From positions 3,179-67,178 of the forward strand of contig OZ241897.1 in NCBI GenBank assembly GCA_965203535.1: 64,000 nucleotides of DNA, given 5' to 3'. The notes beneath the pieces were generated by a model that made no database searches, had not been told where the DNA came from, and saw nothing but the letters and a program-made list of their open reading frames with translations. Position 1 is the first letter of the stretch; each line of letters starts with the position of its first letter. A program made the position numbers and the translations under genes. Shown piece after piece: positions 55,398 through 63,797 of the stretch. The DNA comes from Acidobacteriota bacterium (lineage in GTDB: Bacteria > Acidobacteriota > UBA6911 > RPQK01 > JAJDTT01).

Positions 55398-56841
55398 TCG
55401 GCAGCCGTGCTCCATCTCCCTTCGCGAAGCAGCTACGCTCAGAGAGGCTGCAATGGAGGCAATCTGGATCGGAGCGTAGTCCGTCGTAGCATATATCGCG
55501 GCGGCGGGGCCGAAAGCGCATATAGTCTCGCGACGCATTATCTGCGGTAAGGCCAGTCATGTAGAACAGGAAATCGTTGGCAGCCTGTGCACTGGCAAGA
55601 GCGTTCAGAGTAATGACACTGGGCGCAATCACGTCTGGGTCATCCACGTAACGTTGCGCTCGCCTCTCTTCGTCGAAAATTGCCTCGTCCTGTAGCTTGG
55701 CGGCGTTTATGAATCCATTGCACTGAAGGCACCCGGACTCAGGGGTGACCAATCGAGTGACCGAATATACCTGTCTCAAGCTGCCAGCAGCATCGCTCAC
55801 GACCTTTGCCCCGATCTGAACACCTGGGATCAGATACTGATGGACGATAGCGTTGAACAATAGGCGCGCCCGCATGGTGTTGGCGGCGAGGAAGACGTAG
55901 TCGCAGTCCGTTAGGTATTTGGGTACTTCCGGCTCAACAAAATCGACTGCAAGAGTCTTCACACGGGCGGTATGGTTGGCACGACGAATGTTGCGTCTGG
56001 CAAGGTCCACCTTACGACGGGCCAATCTCCGGCCAATCGCCCTGATCCATCGTATTGAAGACCGCCTGACGAACTTGGGGGGGATGTCCCAACGGCGTGC
56101 GCCGACCAGCCGAGGCAAGTTCGTGGATTCGGCACGATCAGGATCGACGATCACGAAGTTCCCGACACCCAACCGGGCAGCGTACTCCGCCAGCAACGAA
56201 CCGACGCCGCCGACGCCCACGATCGCCACTTTCGCTGTCCGCAACATCTCTTGGCCGCGATCTCCGAACAGCCGTACTTGACGGTCGTAACGAACGTGCG
56301 CGGGACCAGCGCGGGGCGGCCCGGATGGGGTGAGTAGCTCACGACCTAGACCCACGATCGTCGCATCGGTGAGGGACACACGACTGTTCGCCGACAGCCA
56401 GATGTCGCCAGCGACGGCATCTTCCGCGAACACAAGGGCTCCAACAGGAACGCCCCGGGTGATCTGCAACAGCGATGGATAGCCGCGCTCATGGGAGCGG
56501 AGGTCGACGCGGGAGAAGGCGACATGGCCGGTACCAAAATGATTGTGGATCGCGAGGTAGACCAGGCGTTCGTCGCGCGCCTTCAGGATCCGGTCGGTGA
56601 TGAACTCGCCACGCAGAGTTCGGTGACTGCGTTTGCCCGGAACGAAATCACGACCGTCCTTCGCAAGATGCAGTTCCCTGGCCAGGAGCCGGACGCCGTC
56701 TCCACACTCTGTGATCCCAGCGAGGATGACGGCACCATGTTCGTCTTCATCGCCGGGAAACAGATGACCTTTGAGTTTAGCGTACAAGCCACCTGGGATG
56801 ACCACCCGCCAAGGCTTGTTCAGGGCCGATTGTTGAGCCAT
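55387..56841 (-). CDS. JAB/JAMM metalloprotease domain fused to ThiF/E1-like adenylyltransferase (ubiquitin-activating-like)
   Basis: N-terminus E...LAIHNHFGTGHVAFSRVD (JAMM-like HxH...S..D). C-terminus Rossmann VAIVGVGGVGSLLAEYAARLGVGNFVIVDPDRAESTNLPR (ThiF/MoeB/E1) plus CLQCNG Cys motif. 484 aa. Confidence 0.7.
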   Translation of the reverse strand: MAQQSALNKPWRVVIPGGLYAKLKGHLFPGDEDEHGAVILAGITECGDGVRLLARELHLAKDGRDFVPGKRSHRTLRGEFITDRILKARDERLVYLAIHNHFGTGHVAFSRVDLRSHERGYPSLLQITRGVPVGALVFAEDAVAGDIWLSANSRVSLTDATIVGLGRELLTPSGPPRAGPAHVRYDRQVRLFGDRGQEMLRTAKVAIVGVGGVGSLLAEYAARLGVGNFVIVDPDRAESTNLPRLVGARRWDIPPKFVRRSSIRWIRAIGRRLARRKVDLARRNIRRANHTARVKTLAVDFVEPEVPKYLTDCDYVFLAANTMRARLLFNAIVHQYLIPGVQIGAKVVSDAAGSLRQVYSVTRLVTPESGCLQCNGFINAAKLQDEAIFDEERRAQRYVDDPDVIAPSVITLNALASAQAANDFLFYMTGLTADNASRDYMRFRPRRRDICYDGLRSDPDCLHCSLSERSCFAKGDGARLPIRL

Positions 56842-57227
56842 CGGAGTACCTTCTGCAGCTTGAGTAGGGCAGTGTCCCTTGCCGGATTCCAGTGATTGGA
56901 GCGACGCGACAACTGAATTGCGGGATGTCCTCGGAACGCGCCACTCGTCATGGCCATCCCAAGGGAATCTCCATCTGCGCGACGAAGATCCGGACGGACG
57001 AAGTGCGGATAGACATCAGCAAACGGGTACTGGTAGGTGATGTTGAAACCCACCCAAGTTTCACCCTGCTCGTATATCTTCGCTAGCTGTACATCTTGGA
57101 CAACCACGTACGCGCCACCATTTCCGCATGGATCCGCCTTGACCCGTGCCGTCGGGAAGCCTGCGACAATCTCGTCTATGGCTTTGCGGACTGCTGGCGT
57201 CACGTTTTGGACGTCAGGAGTCATCAT
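56820..57227 (-). CDS. Small protein upstream of, and overlapping, the JAB-E1 gene; putative E2/UBC-like (or UEV-like) component
   Basis: 135 aa. Position and size fit the E2 partner of prokaryotic E1/JAB operons. YPHFVRPD resembles the HPN region. Only one Cys (ADPCGNGG), so the catalytic assignment is uncertain. Confidence 0.35.
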   Translation of the reverse strand: MMTPDVQNVTPAVRKAIDEIVAGFPTARVKADPCGNGGAYVVVQDVQLAKIYEQGETWVGFNITYQYPFADVYPHFVRPDLRRADGDSLGMAMTSGAFRGHPAIQLSRRSNHWNPARDTALLKLQKVLRWLNNRP

Positions 57228-57263
57228 CGTCCGGCACCGCGACGATGCAAATGCCGGGCTCGA

Positions 57264-58500
57264 CTTCGACTAGTACGCCATATCGTGTAATTGGCCGTAT
57301 ATTATTGCAAGGGAGGCTGAGAACTCGGAAGGAGGAGTTCTCATGGCACCACGCTATCGTGTCACGCTCACAGCGGAAGAACGGGATGAATTGACAGCCT
57401 TGACCCGGGCCGCGACCAAGACCACCGGCAAGCGGTTCCTGTACGCGCGGGCGCTGTTGTTGTGCGACCGCGGGCCGGAAGGGCCGGGATGGACGGTGGC
57501 CCGGGTGGCCGAGGCGCTGGGCGTCTCGGCCCGCACCCTCGAGCGCTTGAAACGGCGGTTTGTGGAGCAGGGGTTGGAGTTCGCCCTGGAGCGCAAGCGG
57601 CGGGTGCGGCCGCCGCGGGAGGCCATCTTCGACGGCGCGATGGAGGCTCGCTTGATCGCCTTGGCCTGTTCCCCGGCCCCGCCGGGGCGCAAGCGCTGGA
57701 CGCTGCGTCTGCTGGCGGAGAAAGTGGTGGAATTGGGCTGGGTCGAGCGGGTCTCGGTGATGACGGTGCAGCGGACGCTAAAAAAAACAAACTTCAGCCT
57801 CATCGGAAGAAGTATTGGCGGATCCCACCGCGGGGCAACGCCGCCTTCGTAGCCCGCATGGAAGACGTTTTGGACGTCTATGCCCGGCCCTACGATCCCC
57901 GTCGACCGGTGGTCTGCATGGACGAGACCAACAAGCAGTTGATCGGCGAAGTGCGGGAGCCGCTGCCCGTCAAGCCCGGCCAGCCGGAGCGGGTCGAGCA
58001 CGAGTACGTGCGCAACGGGGTCGCGCAGATCTTCCTGGAAGTGGAGCCATTGACCGGTCGGAGCCATGTGGAGGCGGCCGAACGGCGCACGCGCCAGGAT
58101 TGGGCCCGCTGGATCGAAGGCATGCTGGAGAAGCGATATCCGGAGGCCGAGCGGGTGGTCCTGGTCATGGACAACCTGAACACGCACGGCATCGAATCGC
58201 TGTACGCGACCTACGAGCCCCGGCACGCTCGCGAACTGGCACAACGACTCGAAATCCATTACACGCCGAAGCACGGGAGCTGGCTCAACATTGCGGAAAT
58301 CGAACTGAGTGCGCTGTGCGGACAATGCCTCGACCGCCGGATTCCAAGCTTGGCCCGGATGCAACGGGAGATCGAGGCTTGGGTCGTGGACCGGAATCAA
58401 CGCCGAACCGAGATCAACTGGCAGTTCAAGACGGAGGATGCCCGGATCAAGCTGAAGAGCCTGTATCCGACACTTTAAGTGGTGATAGATACTAGGTCGA
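57264..58500 (+). mobile_element. IS630-family insertion sequence (Tc1/mariner-type DDE transposase, two ORFs with -1 frameshift)
   Basis: orfA 57343..57852 (HTH; LERLKRRFVEQGL). orfB frame to 58478 with DDE motifs (VVCMDETN, VMDNLNTHG, GSWLNIAEIE). The A8 slippery run at 57780-57787 links the frames (-1). Imperfect terminal inverted repeats GACTAGTAcgcCATATC / GACCTAGTAtCTATCA at about 57266 and 58500. Element ends are approximate. Confidence 0.75.
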
Positions 58501-58696
58501 CGATCGGCTCGGTCACGCGCGGTTTGGTCTCGACGCTCAGCACATAGGTCTGTTCGGGGTTCAGCACCCCTTGGTGGACCGCAGCCTGCTGGATGTCGGT
58601 CGCCGGTTGTGGTCCGGCAACCACAGTGACGGGTTGCTCATTGACACGGATCTCACAGATTGTGCCTTGGTTCTCGGTTTGGTGATGATTCATCAC
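58475..58696 (-). CDS. Small beta-grasp (ThiS/MoaD/ubiquitin-like) protein, putative Ubl of the E2/JAB-E1 module. 3' end appears replaced by IS-derived sequence.
   Basis: 73 aa. ICEIRVNEQPVTV..AGP..ATDI..A..QGVLNPEQTYVLSVE resembles ThiS/MoaD-type Ubls. Ends ...DLVSITT with no C-terminal Gly/Gly-Gly. The last codons lie within the inferred right end of the IS630 element. Confidence 0.4.
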   Translation of the reverse strand: MMNHHQTENQGTICEIRVNEQPVTVVAGPQPATDIQQAAVHQGVLNPEQTYVLSVETKPRVTEPIVDLVSITT

Positions 58697-58708
58697 ATAC
58701 CTCCTTAG

Positions 58709-58737
58709 TTGCTAAATCGACGCTCGATTGCTATAGT
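58709..58737 (+). promoter_or_regulatory. Sigma70-type promoter (TTGCTA -17 bp- TATAGT) whose spacer holds a 15-bp palindrome AATCGACGCTCGATT. Putative operator of the HTH repressor.
   Basis: Seen directly: -35 at 58709-58714, perfect inverted repeat at 58714-58728, -10 at 58732-58737. The GTG of the HTH gene lies about 70 nt downstream. Divergent from the Ubl gene. Confidence 0.55.
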
Positions 58738-58809
58738 GCAACCGATGAGACGCATTGTTTCACATGAGGAATTCAATTGCAACAGTGATATTAACTGAGG
58801 AGGGTTGTT

Positions 58810-59148
58810 GTGAGAGGCGAGTTCGACCTTGCGGGTTTCTACGCTGCGCTTGACGCCCAACGGACAGCCAAGGGTTTGAATTGGAAGCAGGTCTCAAAGC
58901 AATCCGGTGTCAGTGCCTCGACTCTGACGAGGATGTCACAAGGACGCCGTCCCGACATCGATGGCCTCGCCCTCCTACTTGCGTGGTCCGGCCTCGATGC
59001 CTCCAACTTTCTTCCCAGCGCTAACAGTCCTGAGCCACTGGCGCAGATCACAGCGCACTTGAGAGCGGATCGAAATTTGAAACCGGAAAGCGCCGAGGCA
59101 CTGGAAGCGATCATCAAGGTCGCCTACGAACGCTTCAAGGACCGATGA
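58810..59148 (+). CDS. XRE-family HTH DNA-binding protein (CapH-like regulator)
   Basis: NWKQVSKQSGVSASTLTRMSQG is an HTH_XRE motif. 112 aa. Immediately followed by an ImmA/IrrE peptidase gene. Confidence 0.7.
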   Translation: MRGEFDLAGFYAALDAQRTAKGLNWKQVSKQSGVSASTLTRMSQGRRPDIDGLALLLAWSGLDASNFLPSANSPEPLAQITAHLRADRNLKPESAEALEAIIKVAYERFKDR

Positions 59149-59152
59149 GATC

Positions 59153-59737
59153 ATGAGCCTCCCCTATGGATTCAAGGCCAAATCCAATCGGATCGCCGTA
59201 GGGCTTCGTCATCAGATGGGGCTACGATCCAGCGACCCGATTGATCTACACGATTTGGCCGAGAACAGGCTTGGACTTCCGGTCGTGCCGATCACGGTGT
59301 TTACCAATGTTTGCCCAGAACACGTCACACGTCTGCTCATGGCCGACAAGGGTGCGTTCTCGGCGTCACTGCTTCAGGTCGGTAACCGCCGGGTCATCCT
59401 TTTGAACGACGGACACAGCCCCCGCCGACAGAATAGCAATCTGGCGCATGAGATTGCGCACGCCCTGCTTGCCCACCCCTCGACTCAACCCTTCGACCAT
59501 ACGGGGTGCCGCAATTTCGACAAAGACATGGAGGATCAGGCCAACTGCCTCGCTGGTCACGTCTTGATCCCCAACGAGGCTGCGCAACAAATCGTCTGGT
59601 CCGGCCGTGACCCCGAAGCAGTTTGTGACGATTACGGCGTCAGCAGACAGATGCTGGAGTACCGCTTGAACACAAGCGGGGCTCGAAAGCGGCGCTCTCG
59701 GTGGCAGCGATCATGGGCAACTCGTACCTCTCTGTAG
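59153..59737 (+). CDS. ImmA/IrrE-family zinc metallopeptidase (CapP-like)
   Basis: HEIAHALLAH (HExxH) motif with downstream conserved residues. 194 aa. Confidence 0.75.
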   Translation: MSLPYGFKAKSNRIAVGLRHQMGLRSSDPIDLHDLAENRLGLPVVPITVFTNVCPEHVTRLLMADKGAFSASLLQVGNRRVILLNDGHSPRRQNSNLAHEIAHALLAHPSTQPFDHTGCRNFDKDMEDQANCLAGHVLIPNEAAQQIVWSGRDPEAVCDDYGVSRQMLEYRLNTSGARKRRSRWQRSWATRTSL

Positions 59738-59876
59738 CGATCTTGACCGGCTCAGACAGCTTGAGTGAGATCAATGGAGCTCGTATAGCCATTCGCATGC
59801 AGTGGTCACGAGCACCGCGTTTGGGGAACTACTGGATTGACTCAATGGCCTTTACCCATCGCTCGTCGGGTGTCCA

Positions 59877-61967
59877 ATGTTGAAAGAACCCGTGGCCTAC
59901 GATGCCCACCGCGCCTTGGAACTGCTGCGATCAGGGACAACGCAAGACAACGCCAAGTTTCGGAAGGGACAGGAAGAGGCGGTTCACCACGTCGTGGAGG
60001 GCCGTGGGCGGCTCCTCGTCGTGCAGAAGACCGGATGGGGCAAGAGCTTCGTCTACTTCATCGCGACAAAGCTGCTGCGCGAGGCTGGGGCTGGACCTGC
60101 GCTTCTCATTTCTCCACTGCTCTCGTTGATGCGGAACCAGATCGCAGCAGCCGAGCGGATGGGGATCTGCGCGACCAGAATCACGTCGGACAACTGGGAA
60201 CGCTGGGCCGACGAGGAAGCCCGACTACGGCGCGACGAGGTGGATATCCTGCTCATTTCTCCCGAGCGGCTTCGCAACGAGCGCTTTCTCAGCGAAGTAT
60301 TGGCACCGGTTGCCGGGCGCATCAGCTTGCTGGTCATCGACGAAGCCCACTGCATCTCAGATTGGGGACACGATTTCAGGCCTGACTACCGTCGGATCGA
60401 GCGAATCGTCCGCACTCTTCCGGCGAACCTCAGACTGCTCGCGACGACCGCGACGGCAAACAACCGGGTGATGGAAGATCTTCGGAAGGTGCTCGGCCCT
60501 GACCTGGAGGTGTTCCGTGGTGATCTCAATCGTCCCTCGCTCATGCTCCAGACGATTCGACAACCCAGCCAGTCGGAACGGTTGGCATGGCTTGCGGAAC
60601 GGATTCCTGCACTTCCCGGTCACGGCATCATCTACACGCTCACCGTCCGCGACGCGGTTCATGTGGCGGAGTGGCTGCAGTCGCGAGGACTCGCTGTGGA
60701 ATCCTATACTGGAAGAACGGGAGACCGCCGCGAAGAACTCGAATGCGCATTGCTTGAGAACCAGGTCAAGGCTCTGGTGGCCACGACCGCTCTCGGCATG
60801 GGCTTCGACAAGCCGGATCTCGCCTTCGTCATTCATTACCAGACCCCAGGCTCGGTTGTCGCCTACTATCAGCAGGTGGGGCGGGCCGGTCGCGCACTTG
60901 ATGCTGCCTATGGCGTTTTGTTAAGCGGCGAGGAAGACACCGACATCACGGACTACTTCATCGCCAGCGCGTTTCCGACCCGTGACGAAGTTCAGCAGGT
61001 GATCGCGGCGATCGAGGGCGCACCAGCAGGTCTCTCAGTGCCACAGCTTATGGAAAACGTCAATCTCAGTCAGGGCCGCATCATGAAAACGATTGCGTTA
61101 CTCTCGCTCGAGTCGCCCGCGCCCATCGCGAAACAGGGGACCCGATGGCAACTGACCGCCGCGAGCTTGAGCAGGAAATTCTGGGAGCGGGCAGAGCGTC
61201 TGACTGGGCTACGGCGCGAAGAACAGCGCCAGATGCAAAAATACGTGAGACTCGATTCCGGGCACATGGAGTTCCTCATCAAAGCACTGGACGGGGATTC
61301 GGGAACCATTCGGCCACCGAATCTCCCGCCGCTGCCCACGAAAGTCGATTCCGCGCTGGTAAAGGAAGCAGTGGCCTTCCTACGCCGTACCAGCTTGCCG
61401 ATCGAACCACGCAAACGATGGCCACTACTGGGTGGTCTTCCACTGTACGACGTGCGAGGAGCGATCTCTGCCGAACATCAAGCGGAGCCCGGAAAGGCGC
61501 TCTGCATCTGGGGAGATGCCGGGTGGGGCGAACACGTTCGTCGCGGCAAGTACCACGATGATCGATTCTCAGACGACCTCGTTCGTGCCTGTGTTGAACT
61601 GATTGCGAAATGGAATCCGCAGCCACCTCCGAAGTGGGTCACCTGTATACCGTCAATGAAACGTCCCAACCTCGTCCCGGATTTCGCCCGACGCTTGGCG
61701 GCAGAGATAGGCCTGCCATTACGTCGGGCGCTGGTAAAGGTGGAGGACCGCCCGGAACAAAAAACCATGGCCAACAGCACCCAACAGGCACGAAACGTGG
61801 ATGGTTCGATCGACGTCCTTTTGGAAAAGGTACTCGACGGATCGGTGCTGCTGGTGGACGACATGGTGGATTCACGGTGGACGCTGACGGTCGCCGCGTG
61901 GTTGCTACGATCCAACGGCAGCGGAGCGGTGTGTCCGCTTGCTCTTGCACTTGCGAGCCGAAGATGA
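59877..61967 (+). CDS. RecQ-family SF2 helicase fused to a C-terminal ComFC-like phosphoribosyltransferase (PRTase) domain
   Basis: RecQ motifs (LVVQKTGWGKSFVY, LVIDEAHCISDWGHDFRPDY, TATANNRV, YYQQVGRAGR). C-terminal 150 aa has ComF/PRTase-type blocks (RPEQKTM..STQQARNVDGSIDV and VLLVDDMVDSRWTL). 696 aa. Confidence 0.75.
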   Translation: MLKEPVAYDAHRALELLRSGTTQDNAKFRKGQEEAVHHVVEGRGRLLVVQKTGWGKSFVYFIATKLLREAGAGPALLISPLLSLMRNQIAAAERMGICATRITSDNWERWADEEARLRRDEVDILLISPERLRNERFLSEVLAPVAGRISLLVIDEAHCISDWGHDFRPDYRRIERIVRTLPANLRLLATTATANNRVMEDLRKVLGPDLEVFRGDLNRPSLMLQTIRQPSQSERLAWLAERIPALPGHGIIYTLTVRDAVHVAEWLQSRGLAVESYTGRTGDRREELECALLENQVKALVATTALGMGFDKPDLAFVIHYQTPGSVVAYYQQVGRAGRALDAAYGVLLSGEEDTDITDYFIASAFPTRDEVQQVIAAIEGAPAGLSVPQLMENVNLSQGRIMKTIALLSLESPAPIAKQGTRWQLTAASLSRKFWERAERLTGLRREEQRQMQKYVRLDSGHMEFLIKALDGDSGTIRPPNLPPLPTKVDSALVKEAVAFLRRTSLPIEPRKRWPLLGGLPLYDVRGAISAEHQAEPGKALCIWGDAGWGEHVRRGKYHDDRFSDDLVRACVELIAKWNPQPPPKWVTCIPSMKRPNLVPDFARRLAAEIGLPLRRALVKVEDRPEQKTMANSTQQARNVDGSIDVLLEKVLDGSVLLVDDMVDSRWTLTVAAWLLRSNGSGAVCPLALALASRR

Positions 61968-63388
61968 TGAACGTCGAGCTATCGGCCAACACGAAGGCGA
62001 TCCTGCTGCTGACCGCGCCGTTGATTGTCGGTCGAGGCAAGTCCCCAGCCGCCCCCCTCAGTCCCGGAGAATACCGCCTGTTTGCACGTCGTCTCCGGAA
62101 CCTGCAGCGTCAACCCGCGGATCTATTGGATCCCGGAACACGCAATGTCTGGAAGGAATGCGGAACCAAGCTGGACTCCGCGAGGCTGGAGCGGCTACTC
62201 AAGCGGGGCTTTCTCCTCAGTCAAGCGATTGACCGCTGGCGGACACGCGCGATTTGGGTAATGAGCCGAGCTGATGCCGGCTACCCCAATCGGTTGAAAA
62301 CACGCCTTCGAGACCGCGCGCCCGCTGTGCTTTACGGATGCGGTGACGCCTCGATCCTGGATACTGGCGGCTTAGCTGTCGTCGGTTCCAGGAACGTGGA
62401 CGCCACGCTGCTTAAATACACTGAAGACGTGGGTCGTCTCGCCGCGACATCGACGCGCACTCTGGTATCGGGAGGCGCCCGTGGCGTCGATCAGGCCGCG
62501 ATGCGCGGGGCCTTGAAATCGGACGGCCGAGCCGTAGCCATTCTGGCCAACGGCCTCGCAAGCGCAGTGATGCGCCGGGATCATCGGGAAGCACTGATCG
62601 ACAGGCGGTTGGTTCTGGTCTCTCCCTACGATCCCGCGGCTCGCTTCCACGTCGGACACGCCATGCAACGGAACAAACTGATCTATGCGCTGTCGGACAC
62701 GGCGCTTGTCGTGAACTCGGATTACAAAAAAGGAGGCACTTGGACTGGTGCGGTCGAGCAACTCGGCAAGTTGAAACTCGTGCCTGTTTTTGTCCGTACT
62801 AGCAATGAGCCAAACAAGGGCCTCGACGGACTGCGGGAGCGGGGCGCGGAGGCATGGCCGGAGCCAAAAACCCCAGAGGCTTTCACAAAGATTCTGGATG
62901 CGTCGCCAGACATGAAACACGGAGTTCCGAAACAGCAGTTACTTTCGACGGCCAGCCGCAGCGGTTCGGCGCAACTGGAAGATACTCAGCAGACGGTCCC
63001 AACGGGGTCGAGAATCCCATCTGAGCACGATGTTGCGGCGGATTCCACTCTCGCCACTGAACTGTCTGCCAAGGTCAGGGAGTTGATCAAGCGAATTAGT
63101 GGACCCAAGAAAGTGGCTAACGTCGCCGACGCACTTGAAATTCAGAAAGGGCAAGCCATCGTTTGGCTGAGAAGTTTTGTCGAAGCGGAAGTCACCGAAC
63201 TGTTCAGGTGCTCAAGTGCGAACAGAACCGAAGGAAGCATCGCTAAAGCCCTTCACGTCCCCGAGCACCAAGTTCGTGTATGTCTGAAACGCATGGTCGA
63301 AGAGGGTAAGGTCGAAAAGCTCTCTGGCCGCCCAGCCAAATATCGCTCCAGGGGTTCATCCGGGCCTCTCTACGATCAGCAGGATTGA
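61964..63388 (+). CDS. DprA/Smf-like (SLOG superfamily Rossmann) domain protein with C-terminal winged-helix region
   Basis: ATG overlaps the upstream stop (ATGATGA). LAVVGSRNVD...LVSGGARGVDQAAMRGAL...ALSDTALVV matches the DprA Rossmann core. The C-terminal 150 aa contain a wHTH-like segment. Confidence 0.75.
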   Translation: MMNVELSANTKAILLLTAPLIVGRGKSPAAPLSPGEYRLFARRLRNLQRQPADLLDPGTRNVWKECGTKLDSARLERLLKRGFLLSQAIDRWRTRAIWVMSRADAGYPNRLKTRLRDRAPAVLYGCGDASILDTGGLAVVGSRNVDATLLKYTEDVGRLAATSTRTLVSGGARGVDQAAMRGALKSDGRAVAILANGLASAVMRRDHREALIDRRLVLVSPYDPAARFHVGHAMQRNKLIYALSDTALVVNSDYKKGGTWTGAVEQLGKLKLVPVFVRTSNEPNKGLDGLRERGAEAWPEPKTPEAFTKILDASPDMKHGVPKQQLLSTASRSGSAQLEDTQQTVPTGSRIPSEHDVAADSTLATELSAKVRELIKRISGPKKVANVADALEIQKGQAIVWLRSFVEAEVTELFRCSSANRTEGSIAKALHVPEHQVRVCLKRMVEEGKVEKLSGRPAKYRSRGSSGPLYDQQD

Positions 63389-63497
63389 CGGCGCCTCAAT
63401 GGTGTTGCCCGAAGTAGCAACGCCTGCGCTGCCGCAGCCCGCGCCGCGCCGTCCTCCAAGACTGCACGTAGTAGCCCACGCGTTTCGACAGTAATTC

Positions 63498-63797
63498 TCA
63501 CGCCTGGTCTGCCCACCCCGAAGCGGCAACTCGGTTAATCTCTTCGACGGAAAGAAATGGCGTTCCCGGCCTTGTAAGCATCCCGAAAACGGACGCCGCC
63601 GAGATTCCACGCCTCGGCCTCAGCCGTATCCGGCCACCCGTCAGCAGATCGACATCGAGTTTGTCGCCCGGACGAACTCCGAGATGATTGACGACTTCAT
63701 TGCACAGGGTGATCTGTCCCTTGGCGGTCACTTCAAGTGTAATGTTCATGGCTCCAACTTCATCGAACTCGATCCACAAAGTAGTGCTATCGTTCAT
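63498..63797 (-). CDS. Small AbrB/SpoVT-like (swapped-hairpin) DNA-binding protein, possible antitoxin
   Basis: ITLCNEVVNHLGVRPGDKLDV resembles the MazE/AbrB/PrlF fold. About 80-99 aa. No partner toxin recognised within the window. Confidence 0.35.
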   Translation of the reverse strand: MNDSTTLWIEFDEVGAMNITLEVTAKGQITLCNEVVNHLGVRPGDKLDVDLLTGGRIRLRPRRGISAASVFGMLTRPGTPFLSVEEINRVAASGWADQA

